DNA of 64,000 nt, from positions 18,972,001 through 19,036,000 of the forward strand of contig NC_086108.1 of the NCBI RefSeq assembly GCF_963921235.1, given 5' to 3'. Positions 49,031-62,510 of the stretch are shown here, in pieces; position 1 is the stretch's first letter, and every line of letters starts with the position of its first letter. The notes under the pieces are model-generated. The model saw nothing but the letters and a program-made list of their open reading frames with translations. It did no database searches and was not told the origin of the DNA. The DNA is from Mobula hypostoma. Its lineage: Eukaryota. The position numbers and the translations under genes were made by a program.

Positions 49031-50717
49031 ATGGACTCCAAACCAGTCAGTATCCTGGTAAACCTCTTCTGCACCCTCTCCAAAGCCTCCATGACTTTCC
49101 TATAATGGGGTGACCAGAACTGAATGCAGTACCCCTGATGGGCCCTAGTCAAAGTTTTATAAAGCTGAAATTTATAACCAAGTTTTATAAAGAACCTTCC
49201 TGACTCTTGAACTCAATGTTTCAACTAATAAAAGCAAGTATGCCATTTAATTATTATAAATTTCCCTGGTGGGATTTGAACTAATATCTCTGATTCACTG
49301 GTCCAGAGCATTTTTCAATTTGAGCAACTACCACTATATTATGCCCCTGCTGTCATTGTATTCCTCCCTTGCCTCTATATCCAATAAATTCCCATCCTCT
49401 GAGATATTATCTTAATTTGCAATCCCACTCTTTCTTCTGAATTCATCCCTCCATACCCACCTAGAAGCCTATATGAATATACTGTACCATTGCACACAAC
49501 CTGTTCCCTCCCATCACCCAGCGCACAGGATAAACCACCCAAACCATTTGCTAGTGCTATACTGTACTCTGCTCACATACACTTCCTTTTCTCTCCACTC
49601 CTGGAAGAACCTTGCTCCCAACAGACTTACATCTACCTCTGAGAAGTCCAGCTGTTGGTGCTGTTCACATCTTTCTTGCAGGTGCCAATTGCATCTATTG
49701 AAATCTTCACCTTCTCCTTAATTGGCCATTTTATTCCCTGGGTTCACCAACTGATGCAGAGCCTCAGCCTCAGAGACACATACCTGTCTGAGTGCATAAA
49801 GTTTAGAGCTCTCTGCTCTCAGCTGCCATTGCCTTTTACTACTCCAAGCTCTTCCAAATTCCTACAATTTTACTGAAACCCTCTTCTTCCCTGTTTCTTA
49901 AATCCTCTTCTCCATCATCGGTAAAAGAAAGCCCATGAATTCACCGTCATCTGTTTAGCTCCTTGTGTTTGCTGTGTTCTTCTGTTCCCCTAGCCCATCC
50001 ATTCAAGTTTTTCTGCAGGCTCCAGCACCTCTCCATCATAGTGCAGTCAAGTGAGGCTGTACTCATCTGGTCCCACTCTTATCCATCTGTCACAACCAGA
50101 GAGTTGCCTGTTAAAAAACAGGCCCTTGATGGTTGCCATGCATCTGCGAGTTAAATGGCCTGTTCCTGTATGGTATGATTCGATAACTCCTGGAAGAGTG
50201 TGTAACAGCCAACACTAATGGGACCATTCGTGCTATCTAAGAGCCAAATATATAGAGAAGTTTCCAAATGCAGTAACAAGCAGCACCAAAGCACAATACA
50301 CTTGAGAGCATCTAACACAGCAACTGTCACCTACAGTCATTGCCTGCCAGTATTAAAGGGACTCAGTGTATTCAGTAGAAGCCAACAACAAACAAATTGT
50401 GTACAAACTGTGTACAAAGCAAACATAAGAAAACAAGGCACTTTCATTAACTGCCAACACGGCAGGGTCAATGTACATTCAGTGACAGCCAAAACCATAG
50501 GGCTGAGTATACTCTGTAACAGGTGCAACCTCGTGAACTATGTACAAACAGTAAGAGCCAAATTATGGAGACTGTGCATATCCAGAACAGCTAATACCAG
50601 GGAGACTATGTATGTTCACTGGCAATCAGCACTAGAGAGAGAAAGTGTATTTAATACTAGATGATTGTGCATATTTAACAAAAGTCAACAGTACAGGGAG
50701 CCTGTTTAGTCACCAGC

Positions 50718-53700
50718 CATAAGACCTAGGAGCAGAATTAGGTCATTCAGCCCATCGAGTCTGCTCCACCATTCCATCAAGACTGATTTATTATCCCCTT
50801 CAACCCCATTCTCCAGCCTTCTCACCTGTAACCTTTGACACTCTGATTAATCAAGAACCTTTTAACCTTCACCTTAAATATACCCAATGACTTGACCTGC
50901 ACAGCCGTCTGTGGCAATGAATCCTACAGATTCACCATCGTCTGGCTAAAGAAATTTTCTATCTTTGTTCCTCAATTCTGACGCTATGCTCTCTGGTCCT
51001 AGACTCCCCCACCACAGGAAATATCCTCTCCACATTGACTCTACATAGACCTTTCAATATTTGATAGGCTTCAATAAGATTCCCCCTCATTCTTCTAAAC
51101 CCCATGAGTACAGGCCCAGAGCCATCAAACGCACTTCATATGTTAACCCTTTCATTTCTGGAACTATTCTTCTGAACCTCCTCTGGACTCTCTCCAATGC
51201 TAGCATATCCTTTCTCAGATAAGAGACCAAATACTCTAAGTCTGGTCTGACTTAATATCTTATAACGCCTCAGCATTACATCCTTGCTTTTACATTCTAG
51301 TCCTCTCAAAATGAATGCTAGCATTGCATTTGCCTCCTTACCACTGACTCAACTGCAAGTTACCCTTTAGGGAATACTGCATGAGGACTACCAGATCCCT
51401 CTGCACCTCTGATCTTTGAATTTTCTCCTCATTTAGAAAGTAGTCCTCACCTTTATTACTTCTGCCAAAGTGCATAACCATACACTTCCCTTCACTATAT
51501 TCCATCTTCTACTTCTTTGTCCATTCCTCCAATCTATCTGTCCTTCTGCTGACACTCTGCTTCCTCAACACTACCTGCCCTACCACCTATCTTCGTATCA
51601 TCTGCAAACTTAGCTACAAAGCCATCAATCCCTTCATCCAAATCATTGACATACAACGTAAAAAGAAGGGGTCCCTTTGCCTCCTGCTGCCTCTCGGTCA
51701 GCCAATTCTCCATCCATTCTAGTACCTTTCCTTAATACCATGAGCTCTTATTTTGTTAAGCAACCTCATGTGCAACACCTTGTCAAAGGCCTTCTGAAAA
51801 TCCAAATAAACAACATCCACTGATTCTTCTTTGTCTACCCTGTCTGTTATTTCCCCAAAGAATACCAACAGATTTATCAGGCAAGATTTCCTCTTCAGAA
51901 AACCATGCTTACTTTGGCCTATTTTATCATGTGCCTCCAAGCAACCGAAACCTCATCTTTCATAATAGACTCCACCACCTTTCCAATCACTGAAGTCAAC
52001 CTACCTGGCCTACGATTTATTTTCTTCTGATCCCCTCCCTTCTTAAACAGTGGAGAGATATTTGGAATTTTCCAGTCCTCAGGAACCATTCCAGAATCCA
52101 GTGATTCTTGAAAGATCATTACCAATGCCTCCAGAATCCAGAATGGATGTAGTCCATCTGGTGCAGGTGACTTATCTACCTTCAGACTTTCCAGTTTCCT
52201 AAGCACTTTCTCAATAATAGCACTACATTCTCTTCTGCTTCTTGTCACTCTTGCATCTCCAGCATTCCGCTATTATCTTCCACAGTGAAGACTAAAACAA
52301 AATACTTATTCTGATCTGCCGGATTTCTTCGCCTCCAATTACTTCCATTCCAGCATAATTTTCCAGCGGTCTGATATTCACTTTCATCTCTCTTTACTCC
52401 CTATATACCTGAAAAAACTTTGTCTCCACTTTTATATTATTGGCTAGCTTACCTTTATATTTCATCTTTTCTCTCATTATGTCTTTTTTAGTTGCCACCT
52501 GTTGTTTTTTAAAAGCTTCCCAATCCTCTACCTTCCCACAAATTTTTGATGTATTATATTCCCTCTCTTTTGTTTTTATGCTGTCTTTCATTTCCCTTGA
52601 CAGCCACTGTCACCTCATCCTCCCTTAAGAATACTTCATCTTTAGGATGTATCATTCCTGTGCCTTCCAAATTTCCCCCAGAAATACCAGCCATTGCTGT
52701 TCTGCTGCCATCCTTGCTTGTGCACTTTTCCAATCAGCTTTAGCCAGCTTCTCTCTCATGCCTCTGTAATTCCCTTTATTCCACCACTGTAATATTAATA
52801 CATTTAACTTTATCTTCTCCTTTTCTAACCTCAGGGTGAATTCTATCATATTATGATCACTGTCTCCTTAGGGTCTCTTTACCTTAAGCTTCCAAATCAA
52901 ATCAGCTTCATTGCACAACACCTAATCCAGAACTGCCTTTCCATTACTGGGCTCAACTACAAGCTGCTCTAAAAAGCCATCTTGCAGCCATTCTACAAAT
53001 TCCTTCTCTTGTGATCCAGCACCAACCTGATTTTCCCAGTCTACCTGTATATTGAAATCCTCCATGATTATAGTAATATTGCCCTTTTGCCTTTTCTTTC
53101 TCCCATTGTAATTTGTATCCCATATCCTGGCTCCATCAGGGTCTTTTTACCATTGCAGTTTCTGAACCACACTCACAAGCATTCTACATTTCCCAATTTT
53201 ATATCACCTCTTCCTAAGGATTTGCCAACAGAGCCACGAACGCCCTCAGCTACCTGCCCGCCCTTTTGATACAATGTGTATCCTTGGATGTTAAGCTCCC
53301 AACTATGATTTCCTTTCTGCTATGGATCAGTGATGCTCTCAACGTCATACCTGCTAATCCCTAACTGTGTTACAAGATCATCTACCTTTTTCCATATACT
53401 GTATGCATTCAAATATAACACCTTCAGTCCTGAATACTTCACCCTCTTTGAATTTCACCTCCTGTTACAATTTATCTCATCCCACTGACTGCAATTTTGC
53501 CCTCCTTCCTCACAACCTCACTACACACTGCATCTAGTTATATACCTGCTTCTCTCTTCAGGACTTCCTCCTTTTTCCTACCTATGTTGTTGGTACCAAA
53601 ACATAACATGATTTCCAGCTATTCACCCTCCACCTTTAGAATGCCGTGGACCTGATCTGAAACATGGTTGACCCCACCACCAGGGAAGCAACATATTGGA

Positions 53701-54960
53701 CGGCGGGAGGAGAGAGAGCAGCGCGCCACACGTGCACAGCCCTCCGGTGAAAATGATATCATAGCCGTTAAATAGGGGCCGTGGACAATTCTGATTTGAT
53801 GCAGATGGATGTGAAAGCACAGAGGAACATCTGGAGAAATTTCTGAAACGCCAATTCGCTGCTGTTGTTACTGCACGATCTAGAATCTTCCAGAGGGAAG
53901 GCCTCAAAATTCCCGGCTTTGCCTGCTGCTGGCGACCAAGATTGAGGTCAAATCGTTCGGATAGAGATGGTGCTCGGTACTCGGTGTCGGGAGCTAATCG
54001 GAGGCTCAAAGTTTTCAGATGACTCTGAGTCGGACTATGGTCGGGCATGGCAGGGAGAGTTTTTCTTCCTTCTCCCGTCTGCGTGAGATGTGGGACATTT
54101 GAGAAACTTTGAACTTTTTACTGTGCTCATGGACTGTTCTTCATCAAGTTACAGTATTGTTGCACTATTGTAACTATATGTTATAATTACGTGGTTTTGT
54201 TAGTTTTTTCAGTCTTGGTCTGTCCTGTGTTTTGCGATATCACACCAGAGGAAATATTGTATCATTTCTTAATGCATGCATTACTAAATGACAATAAAAG
54301 AGGACTGCATGTCTTCATAATCTAATCATATGGGTGTCTCTTTCACGTTCACAGAATCTGCTTTTCGCGCCTCTAATTATGGAATCTCCTATCACTACTG
54401 CACTCCTCTCTCCCCCTTCCCTTCTATACCACAGAGCCAAACTCAATGTCAGAGACCTGGTCGCTGTGGCTTCCCCCGTTAAGTTGTCCCCACCAACAGT
54501 ATCCAAAGAGGTATCATTATTATTGAGGGGAATGGCACAGGGCTTCTCTGCTCTAGCTGCCCATTTCCATTCCCTCTTTTGACAGTCACCCTGGTACCTG
54601 CCTCCTGCATCTTAGGGGTGACTACCTGCCTGTAGCTCCTACCTATTACCTCCTCATTCACCCCATGAGCCAAAAATCATTGAGCTGCAGCTCCAAGTCT
54701 CTAAGGAGCTGCAGCTCAAAGCACATCTCATACAAGGAACATGCGTACCACTACCACCAGATATAGTCTCAGCGCACTAGCCAGGTACTAACAAAAAAAA
54801 ACTTACTAGAATCTTTCTTACTTACTAAGAATTTCCACCTATTCTCAGCTAAACCTGATGAGCCACTCCAACAGTGGCTGCTCCATTTACACATCCTTTC
54901 TTTTTATTGGCCCCATGCTGTTGCTGCCCATCAAAAGGTGCCTGAACTCTTTTTAAACCT
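50718..54960 (-). mobile_element. Old, heavily decayed full-length CR1 LINE
   Basis: RT pieces 51719-51940 and 51919-52248, linker 52394-52849, ORF1 remnants 54315-54673 (VIGDSIIRG, SYRQVVTP). Confidence 0.88.
53697..54326 (+). mobile_element. 630-bp young non-coding retroposon (SINE / non-autonomous LINE derivative) inserted in CR1 ORF1
   Basis: 5-bp TSD CATAT (53692-53696 and 54327-54331); CpG-rich head; ACAATAAAA plus (TAATC)n tail; removing it rejoins the esterase CCFPG region. Confidence 0.8.
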
Positions 54961-55079
54961 CAGACTATATCACCAACAAATGATCTATCAATTGCTGGAC
55001 ACTGAGAAAAAACATCCAACATAGTGGGAATATGAATATTTAGTTATGGTCAAAACTGCCAGAACTACATACAATCTGT

Positions 55080-56039
55080 GGCTACGTCTTACACTATGCC
55101 GAATAATTTTGAAAACGCCAGTTTCAAGTAAAAACGATACACACTAAGCATCCACACTAAGCGTTTTTCAAAATATCTCTGTCCACATTAGACGGATATT
55201 TGGGTGAATCTCCTCCTACTGGGTATGCGCAGGACACACAGAAAACAAGCGAAGAGGAAACGATATACTTGGTGTGCGTTTGTCCAGTTACAGAGTAGAA
55301 AAACTTAAAAGGAATTGCTCTTGGCTCTCGCGCAGGAGGACTTAAAACTAAAAAAAATGAATACTGGAGCGTATGGAGGCAACCAACAGGGAGTTCACAG
55401 ACAGTATGACCCAGCTGACGACGAACATTGAAAAACTGTTGCATTAATAAAGCACCTTGTTAAATGTATAAAACATGTCTGCATCAGTGCTATCTTGTAT
55501 TTCCATACAATGTTACATTAGGCTGTTACACACCTATTGTCAGAGAAGTACTTGCATAAATAGGTAAAGCACCTTCATACAAGCAAGGACAGAAAACAGG
55601 GCAGTGAGTATACTTATATATTCAGTAAGCTATGGGTCAAAGTATTTGGTGAGTAAATTTCTAACTCTTCTGACTTCAGTCTCGTTGCTGTCTGTTCTGA
55701 AATTGTTAGGTTCTGCGAAGCACAGAAACAATATCGCTGTGATGATTCTATGCTCTTTTTGGCGACAATAAAGTAGTAATAATAATAAGAAGAAAATAAT
55801 GAAATGTCACGCTGTCACCATATGTTCCGGCACGTCATGACAACGGTTTTAAAAAGCTCCGGTTACCCCGTACACACTGCAACGGAAATTAGGCGTTTTC
55901 AGATTTATTCACTCTGGAGACTGTTTCTGAAAACCTCCATTTTCAGGGGCTGAAAATGCCGTTTCAGTGCGGACAGAAGATCAAAATGAAGAGAAAAGGC
56001 TTCATTTTCAAAATTATCCGGCGTAGTGTGGACGTAGCC
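55080..56039. mobile_element. Non-autonomous PIF/Harbinger-type DNA transposon (~960 bp)
   Basis: ~36-bp TIRs GGCTACGTCTTACACTATGCCGAATAATTTTGAAAA / TTTTCAAAATTATCCGGCGTAGTGTGGACGTAGCC; right flank TTA; subterminal CACACT repeats. Confidence 0.8.
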
Positions 56040-56104
56040 TTAAACTGTTAACACTGCAGGCAATAACTAAGTGAGGCTACGTCCACACTAACACGGATAT
56101 CCTC

Positions 56105-57022
56105 CCCACACGGGGGGGGGGGGGTGTTAATCTATACTGGAATATAGGCGATAAGTGGGTAATACACTCAATTTTGTTTCTAAAAGGGTTTATCTAACGA
56201 ACACACAGCGCATATTTTCCTCGCATGAATATAGTGATAAGTCAATTATCGGGGAGCTTGAAGTAGGTGTTGAACTAACTTCCAATAGAAGTGGCAGAAG
56301 CAGGTTCGATATTATCATTTAAATTAAAATTGGATAGGTATATGGACAGGAAAGGAATGGAAGGTTATGGGCTGTGTGCAGGTCGGCGGGATTAGGTGAG
56401 AGTAGCGTTCGGCACGGACTAGAAGGGCCGAGATGGCCTGTTTCCGTGCTATAATTGTTATACAGTCACTTATAAGTCAATAGCATCATAACATTTTAAG
56501 TAACATTCGGATATTAAACACGCAGCACATATTTTCCCCGTATAAATATATAAAATCATTGCAACACACCAATATCGCTGAATCAGTGGGAGCCCTGGGC
56601 TTGTTTCCCTGCAATAACACGGTCCTATCAAGGGGTGATGGGAGACAGCGATACTCGAAGGGGGTTCCTTATGTCCAGTCTATTCCGCAGTTTAGTTTTC
56701 GTTGCATTCATTGCAGAAAAATCCGCTTCGCAGAAAAATGTTGGAAATGAAAGCAACGTTTTCAGTGCTTCCGTGGCTATCTCAGGATATTCAGCCTTGA
56801 CTTTGATCCAAAATGCCGACAGAGATGTTATGTCAAACATACTTTTCAGCCTGTCGTCATTTGCAAGCTCCAGCAGTTGATCTCCTTCCCAACCTGACAC
56901 GGATGATCTGCGGGTTACGACCTCGCGTGCGTGGTGGCTGATCAGTGGCCGTGACAGGGAATGAGGAAAGGTGCAGCTGACTCATATCGCATGCTCTGCG
57001 GCCCGGTAGTTGGGGACCGCTG
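56105..57022 (-). mobile_element. Truncated hAT (Buster/Charlie-type) element with transposase dimerization-domain remnant
   Basis: ORF 56628-56900 FWIKVKAEYPEIATEALKTLLSFPT..CEADFSAMNATKTKLRNRL; TIR CAGCGGTCCCCAAC at 57022-57009; flank GTGTAGAG fits the nnnTAnnn target preference. Confidence 0.88.
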
Positions 57023-57645
57023 GTGTAGAGGATTGCCGAAGATTGCAGAGAGACATTGACAGGATGCAGAAATGGGCTGAGAAGTGGCAGATGGAGTTCA
57101 ACCCGAAGAAGTGTGAGGTGGTACACTTTGGAAGGACATACTCCAAGGCAGGGTACAAAGTAAATGGCAGGATACTTGGTAGTGTGGAGGAGCAGAGGGA
57201 TCTGGGGATACAGAGGAGATTTACCAGGATGCTGTCTGGTTTAGAGAGATCAGAGATTAAGGGAGAGAAGGAGGATGAGAAGAGACATGATAGAGGTATA
57301 TAAGATATTAAGAGGAGTAGATAGAGTGGACAGCCAGCACCTCTTCCCCAGGGCACCACTGCTCAGTACAAGAGGATACAGCTTTAAGGTAAGGGGTGGG
57401 AAGTTCAAGGGGAATATTAGACAAAGGTTTTTTACTCAGAGAGTGGTTGGTGCGTGGAATGCACTGCCTGAGTCAGTGGTGGAGGCAGATACACTAGTGA
57501 AATTTAAGAGACTACTAGACAGGTATATGGAGGAATTTAAGGTGGGGGGGGTTATATGGGAGGCAGGGTTTAAGGGTCGGCACAACATTGTGGGCCAAAG
57601 AGCCTGTACTGTGCTGTACTATTCTATGTTCTACGTTCCATGTTA
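57023..57645 (+). mobile_element. CR1 3' fragment with internal deletions (29588-32328 subfamily)
   Basis: ORFs 57010-57303 and 57275-57646; EQRDLG joined directly to QRRFTRML. Confidence 0.9.
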
Positions 57646-58284
57646 ACGAGATTCCTGTGATTGCACCAGATTTTAAAGATGAGCGGATGAGCAGGTCAAT
57701 TTAAGAGGGAGTGCCTCAATAAGCTGGCATCAGTCACTAGGGGATCTGGGACAAACCCTCTTCTTGTTACCGCTGTCCGGGAGGAAGATATTTTAGAAAC
57801 AGCTTCTCCCCCTCCGCCATCAGATTTCTGAACTATACACATACCTCATTAATCCTCTTCTACACTACTCATTTTTGTAAGTTATAGTAATTTTGTACTG
57901 AACTGCTGATGCAAAACAACAAATTTCACAACATATTCCAGTGATAATAATTCTCATCTTGATAACGTGACAATAATAAATCAATTCCGATTCCCCCATA
58001 TGTAGGTGAGTGGTGGAGTCGGGAGGGTGTTGGTGGGAATGTGGGGAGAATGGGATTAATGCAGCATTAGTGCTTGACAGTTGGCACAGGCTCAGCGGGT
58101 TAAAGGTCATGTTTCTGGGCTGTATGGTCCATGATCCCCATGACATCAGTGACATCATATACAGAGCAAGAACCAAGAATTATTTTGGGTGCAGCTGAAG
58201 GGATGAAGGGTCATCAACTGATACCTTGACTTGGTTTGCCTCTCCACACTTGCTGCCTAGCTTGCTGAGAATCCACAACATTCT

Positions 58285-58900
58285 CAGACTCAGAATCAGG
58301 CTTAATATCACTGACATATGTCATGAAATGTGTTCGTTTTGCGGGAGCAGTACAATGCTGACAGTTGAGCTGTGCCTAGCCACACAGTCATGGGTGTAGA
58401 GGGAGAAGAGCATGCAGATCAGAAAAACATCTCCTCACTGACAATGTTGGAGTTGGAGATATTATTTCCGATCTACACAGTCTGTGAGAAAGTCAAGGAT
58501 CCAATTGCAGAGGGACATACAGAGGCCCAGGTTTTGGAGCTTGTTGATTAGAACTGAAGATATGATTATGTTGAACACTGAGCTGTAATCAATCAACAGC
58601 AGCTTGTCATAAGAATTACTATTGTCCAGGTGATCCAAGGCTGAGTGGAGAGCCAGTGAGAATGCATCCACTGTAGATCTGTTGAGGCAATAGACAAATT
58701 GCAGGGGATCCAGGGCATTCATTAGGCAGGAGTTGATTACCTCCCAAAGCAGTAGATGTGAGTGACACTGGTGATAGGTGTTAAGGCAGCTCACCCTGGT
58801 CTCCTTAGGCATTGTTGCCCTTTTGAAGCAGAAGGGAACTCTGACCGCAGCAGTGAGAGATTGAAGATGGTTGGGACAGGTTTTCAGAGCCCTACCGGGT
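58285..58900 (-). mobile_element. Rex1/Babar-type LINE relic with deletions
   Basis: ORF 58462-58812 LDPLQFVY..NRSTVDA..LDHLD..LLIDYSSVFN..LCNWILDFLT. Confidence 0.8.
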
Positions 58901-59413
58901 ACACTGTTTTTACCTCAGAGTTCCAGCATCTGCAGTTTTTATTTTGCTTTCCAATGATCATAAAGACTGAAGTTCAACAAGAACAAACTCTGCAAAAACT
59001 GAACATAATCAGTTTAGTTTTCTTTGTTTGGACTGTGTGTACTCAGCAACAACCTACTTGCCCTGAAGACTTGAAGGATTAGTGATTTATGTTCAGAATC
59101 TCAAGAGGTAGAACACACTTTTAAAGATTGTGAGGTCTTCCTTCCATTTCCTTTAACATTATGTTTGTTACTGAAAGCTAAAAATATCATCAAGAGAGGA
59201 TGTCAAGGATTACCCAGTTGTGAACCAGTTTCAGGGATGAGACAAGAGTGGATGGGTCACATGACCAATGGCATGAGAGTGGGAATGAGATGGGTGCGCA
59301 GTTACTCAACTATACTGCCCGACATTCAATCCTTCCAGTATTATTGTCTCTCTACTGGATCATGGCGTACATGTACCTCATCTCCATTCACATCTGGTAT
59401 CACTTTTCTGATA

Positions 59414-62126
59414 GAAACATAGAAACATAGAAAATAGGTGCAGGAGTAGGCCATTCGGCCCTTCGAGCCTGCACCGCCATTCAGTATGATCATGGCTGAT
59501 CATCCAACTCAGGACCCTGTACCAGCCTTCCCTCCATATCCCCTGATCCCTTTAGCCACAAGGGCTATATCTAACCCCCTCTTAAATATAGCCAATGAAC
59601 TGGCCTCAACTGTTTCCTGTGGCAGAGAATTCCACAGATTCACCACTCTCTGTGTGAAGAAGTTTTTCCTCATCTCAGTCCTAAAAGGCTTCCCCTTTAT
59701 CCTCAAACTGTGACCCCTCGTTCTGGACTTCCCCAACATTGGGAACAATCTTCCTGCATCTAGCCTGTCCAATCCCCTTAGGATTTTATACGTTTCAATA
59801 AGATCCCCCCTCAATCTTCTAAATTCCAGAGAGTATGAATCTAGTCGATCCAGTCTTTCCTCATATGAAAGTCCTGCCATCCCAGGAATCAATCTGGTGA
59901 ACCTTCTTTGTACTCCCTCTACGGCAAGGATGTCTTTCCTCAGATTAGGGGACCAAAACTGCACACAATACTCCAGGTGTGGTCTCACCAAGGCCTTGTA
60001 CAACTGCAGTAGTACCTCCCTGCTCCTGTACTCGAATCCTCTCGCTATAAATGCCAGCATACCATTTGCCTTTTTCATCGCCTGCTGTACCTGCATGTCC
60101 ACTTTCAATGACTGGTGTATAATGACACCCAGGTCTCGTTGCACCTCCCCTTTTCCTAATCGGCCACCATTCAGATAATAATCTGTTTTCCTGTTTTTGC
60201 CACCAAAGTGGATAACCTCACATTTATCCACATTAAATTGCATCTGCCATGAATTTGCCCACTCACCTAACCTATCCAAGTCACCCTGCATCCTCTTAGC
60301 ATCCTCCTCACAGCTAACACTGCCGCCCAGCTTCGTGTCATCCGCAAACTTGGAGATGCTGCATTTAATTCCCTCATCCAAGTCATTAATATATATTGTA
60401 AACAACTGGGATCCCGGCACTGAGCCTTGCGGTACCCCACTAGTCACTGCCTGCCATTCTGAAAAGGTCCCATTTATTCCCACTCTTTGCTTCCTGTCTG
60501 CCAACAATTCTCTATCCACATCAATACCTTACCCCCAATACCGTGTGCTTTAAGTTTGCACACTAATCTCCTGTGTGGGACCTTGTTAAAAGCCTTTTGA
60601 AAGTCCAAATATATCACATCCACTGGTTCTCCCCTATCCACTCTACTAGTTACATCCTCAAAAAATTCTATGAGATGCCTCAGACATGATTTTCCTTTCA
60701 CAAATCCATGCTGACTTTGTCCGATGATTTCACCGTATTCCAAATGTGCTGTTACCACATCTTTGATAACTGACTCGAGCATTTTCCCCACCACTGATGT
60801 TAGGCTAACCGGTCTATAATTCCCCGGTTTCTCTCTCCCTCCTTTTTTAAAAAGTGGGGTTACATTAGCCACCCTCCAATCCTCAGGAACTAGTCCAGAA
60901 TCTAAAGAGTTTTGAAAAATTATCACTAATGCATCCACTATTTCTTGGGCTACTTCCTTAAACACTCTGGGATGCAAACCATCTGGCCTTGGGGATTTAT
61001 CTGCCTTTAATCCCTTCAATTTACCCAACACCACTTCCCTACTAACATGTATTTCCCTCAGTTCCTCCATCTCACTGGACCCTCTGTCCCCTACTATTTC
61101 TGGAAGATTATTTATGTCCTCCTTAGTGAAGACAGAACCAAAGTAGTTATTCAATTGGTCTGCCATGTCCTTGCTCCCCATAATCAATTCATGTTTCTGT
61201 CTGTAGGGGACCTACATTTGTCTTAACCAATCTTTTTCTTTTCACATATCTATAAAAGCTTTTACAGTCAGTTTTTATGTTCCCTGCCAGTTTTCTCTCA
61301 TAATCTTTTTTCCCTTTCCTAATTAAGCCCTTTGTCCTCCTCTGCTGGACTCTGAATTTCTCCCAGTCCTCAGGTGAGCCACTTTTTCTGGCTAATCTGT
61401 ATGCTTCATCTTTGGAATTGATACTATCCCTAACTTCCCTTGTCAGCCACGGGTGCACTACCTTCCCTGATTTATTTTTTTGCAAAACTGGAATGAACAA
61501 TTGTTGTAGTTCATCCATGCGATCTTTAAATGCTTGCCATTGCATAACCACCGTCAACCCTTTAAGTGTCATTGACCAGTCTATCTTAGCTAATTCACGT
61601 CTCATACCTTCAAAGTTACCCATCTTTAAGTTCAGAACCTTTGTTTCTGAATTAACTATGCCATTCTCCATCTTAATGAAGAATTCCACCATATTATGGT
61701 CACTCTTACCCAAGGGGTCTCTCACGACAAGATTGCTAATTATCCCTTCCTCATTGCTCAATACCCAGTCTAGAATAGCCTGCTCTCTAGTTGGTTCCTC
61801 GACATGTTGATTCAAAAAACCGTCCCGCATACATTCCAAGAAATCCTCTTCCTCAGCACCCTTACCAATTTGGTTCACCCAATCTATATGTAGATTGAAG
61901 TCACCCATTATAACTGTTGTTCCTTTATTGCACGCATTTCTAATTTCCTGTTTAATACCATCTCCAACCTCACTACTACTGTTAGGTGGCCTGTACACAA
62001 CTCCCACCAGTGTTTTCTGCCCCTTAGTGTTATGCAGCTCTACCCATATCGATTCCACATCCTCCCGGCTAATGTCCTTCCTTTCTATTGCGTTAATCTC
62101 CTCTCTAACCAGCAATGCTACCCCAC
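59414..62126 (-). mobile_element. 5'-truncated young CR1 LINE; sister of 14246-18297
   Basis: ORFs 61189-62115, 60474-61187 and 59509-60519 (two frameshifts); 6-bp TSD CTGATA (59408-59413 and 62127-62132); (TTTCTATG)n tail. Confidence 0.96.
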
Positions 62127-62199
62127 CTGATAATATCCCCTTTCCAACAAAAATCTACTAAACTTGGGTCTGGAATTTTCAATGTTTCCTCAAGATGCC

Positions 62200-62510
62200 C
62201 AGTCAGTGGGAGAACATGCAGGAAACACTCATCAGGTCAGGCAGCATCAGTGGAAGGAGGGACAGTTAATGTTTCAGGCTGGGAAAGAGAAAACAAACTG
62301 GTTTTAAGTCACAAAGAAGGTGGCAGGAGAAATAGATACAGCACAGGGACTATCTGTGATAGGGTGAGACTAGGTCAAATGTGTCAATAGGATATCACTG
62401 CCAGTCCAGCTGAAGTCAATATGTTGACTACTTTTCTTGGTCTGTGTTATCTGACTTTATTTTCTATTTTTGTCTCAGATTCCTAGCATCTGCAGTTACT
62501 TTGATCTTGT
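62200..62510. mobile_element. Decayed Penelope-like terminus pieces in opposite orientations
   Basis: CAGGTCAGGCAGCATC...GTTAATGTTTCAGGC resembles 45500-45545; AGATTCCTAGCATCTGCAG at ~62477 is the opposite orientation. Confidence 0.5.

Noticed and set aside
50218..50664. 148-aa ORF in unique sequence
   Set aside because: No domain, splice context or homologue recognisable; length is compatible with chance in 64 kb.
56628..56900. Domesticated ZBED5/Buster-like host gene exon
   Set aside because: Only a dimerization-domain remnant next to a transposon TIR; deleted transposase, not a gene.
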